This document shows positions 62,700 through 64,000 of a DNA stretch of 64,000 nucleotides, in pieces. This stretch comes from Chiloscyllium plagiosum. Lineage: Eukaryota. Position numbers and translations under genes: made by a program. Each line of letters starts with the position of its first letter. Position 1 is the stretch's first letter. The notes beneath the pieces are model-generated. The model did no database searches, was not told the origin of the DNA, and was given only the letters and a program-made list of their open reading frames with translations. The stretch lies in assembly GCF_004010195.1 (NCBI RefSeq), contig NC_057751.1, positions 1,097,968 through 1,161,967 of the forward strand, given 5' to 3'.

Positions 62700-63110
62700 T
62701 TGCTTCAGTCTTCATCCAGCAACATAAACATCACCTCCCTCTATCATCACAACCACACAATGTGCCTCGTACAAGATGCACTGCAGCAACTCATCAAGGG
62801 TCCTCAGGCAGCACCTTCCAAACCCACCATGACTATCACCATCGAGAAGGGTAAGGGCAGCACATACTTGGGAACACTAACCCCCGGCAGGTTTCCCTCC
62901 AAGCCTCTCACCATCCTATCTTGGAAATATATCACTGCTCCTTCACTGTCACCTGGTCAAAATTCTCAAACTCTCTCCCTTACAGCATTGTGGGTATCCC
63001 CAAACCAGACAGAAGACAGACTATCCAGGAGCACATATCCAGCACCAGGTGTGATTTGGATGGCTAATAAATGTGGCCTGACCAGGGCTACCCATGTTCC
63101 AGGAATGTAT
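62700..63110 (+). mobile_element. LINE 3' fragment (second family)
   Basis: PSKPLTILSWKYIT motif shared with 4720-4900(-); AATAAATGTGGCC tail. Confidence 0.7.
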
Positions 63111-63569
63111 TCAAACTAAAACTCTGCCAAAGCATTTCCACTTCCTTTGATGGAAAGACAAGCTGACTTTTCAAAGATTAAAAATAAAAATGTCAACAAA
63201 TGCATGAACTATAACAACCTCAACACAGTCATCCTGTGAGTGACTGTTTTATCCTGCACTGATTTTACTGCATTCATACTGTACCTGGAGTTATCCCAAT
63301 GTATTGGAATGTCAAAAGAACTGGAATTGAACAATGGGAGCTAATTGAATTTGGACATGCTCACATACCTGAATCCTGGCCCTGATTTCTCATTGCCTTC
63401 TTTAAATTGTCCTGCCAATACTTTTAAAGGGGACTCCCTATATTCACTTGTCACGCTGTAAACAGACCACCCCAGCAGTGTTGGAGCTAACGTGATTTCA
63501 GTGGGAGGAAGTGTGTGTACAACGATTGGTTGGGAGTGTGTGCAGACATAAAATTAAAACAAAAACTAA

Positions 63570-63695
63570 AGAGCCAGGGATGCTGGAAAGCAGAAACAAA
63601 ACAGAAACTGCTGCAAAAGCTCAGCAGGTCTGGCAGCATCTGCGGAGAGAAATCAGAGCTAACGTTTCCGGTTGAGTGACCCTTCCTCAGAACTC
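63570..63695 (-). mobile_element. Family-C PLE hammerhead element
   Basis: Same tail as 36150-36275; carries a hammerhead at its 5' end. Confidence 0.8.
63656..63695 (-). ncRNA. Minimal hammerhead ribozyme motif (family C)
   Basis: GAGTT-CTGAGGA-A-GGGTCACTCAACCG-GAAA-CGTT-AGCTC: 5-bp stem I with one G.U pair and palindromic AACGTT. Stem II is imperfect in this copy. Confidence 0.65.
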
Positions 63696-64000
63696 AAATT
63701 TAAAATTCAATATGTTGTCACACACACACGCATGGAATGCAAACATGACAGCACAATGTATCTTTATTGTACTGGATGACAACCTTGTCAGAATTTGTTA
63801 TACATCTCACTTTCGTTGAAAGAAACCTGAACTTGAATCTCCAGGCAATATTCAGGATCACATCAACAACTTTCATTTATGTATTCTGCTCCCAACAGCA
63901 TGGACACATTTTCTCCTTTTCACACCCGTATGATTAACACCTATTTTACATCTCACCTCTCCTTTCCCACCATTATCACTGCCTCTGTGATTTCCTTTGG

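Overview
Vertebrate nuclear DNA, most likely a shark or other cartilaginous fish, judged from HE1-type V-SINEs, HER1/CR1-type LINE fragments and Deu-domain-like SINEs. It has three N gaps. The only supportable host gene is a two-exon NET-family zinc-finger gene, znf703 (nlz1), on the minus strand: CDS join 61006..60797 and 59739..58390, 519 aa. The remaining ~58 kb downstream is gene-poor and full of decayed CR1, RTE and L2 LINEs, SINEs, two probable solo LTRs and a 33-bp minisatellite, with repeat-free islands that look like developmental enhancers. The most striking unexplained pattern is about 15 short Penelope-like (PLE) pieces from at least four sequence families. They share a minimal hammerhead-ribozyme core: CTGANGA, one extra base, stem II, GAAA, then a palindromic ACGT or AGCT. 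Many are discrete ~110-190 bp insertions with 8-15 bp target-site duplications, several are inverted pairs or twin-primed, and most start at the 5' edge of the ribozyme. All repeat-family names come from recalled consensus sequences, not searches, and repeat boundaries are approximate.
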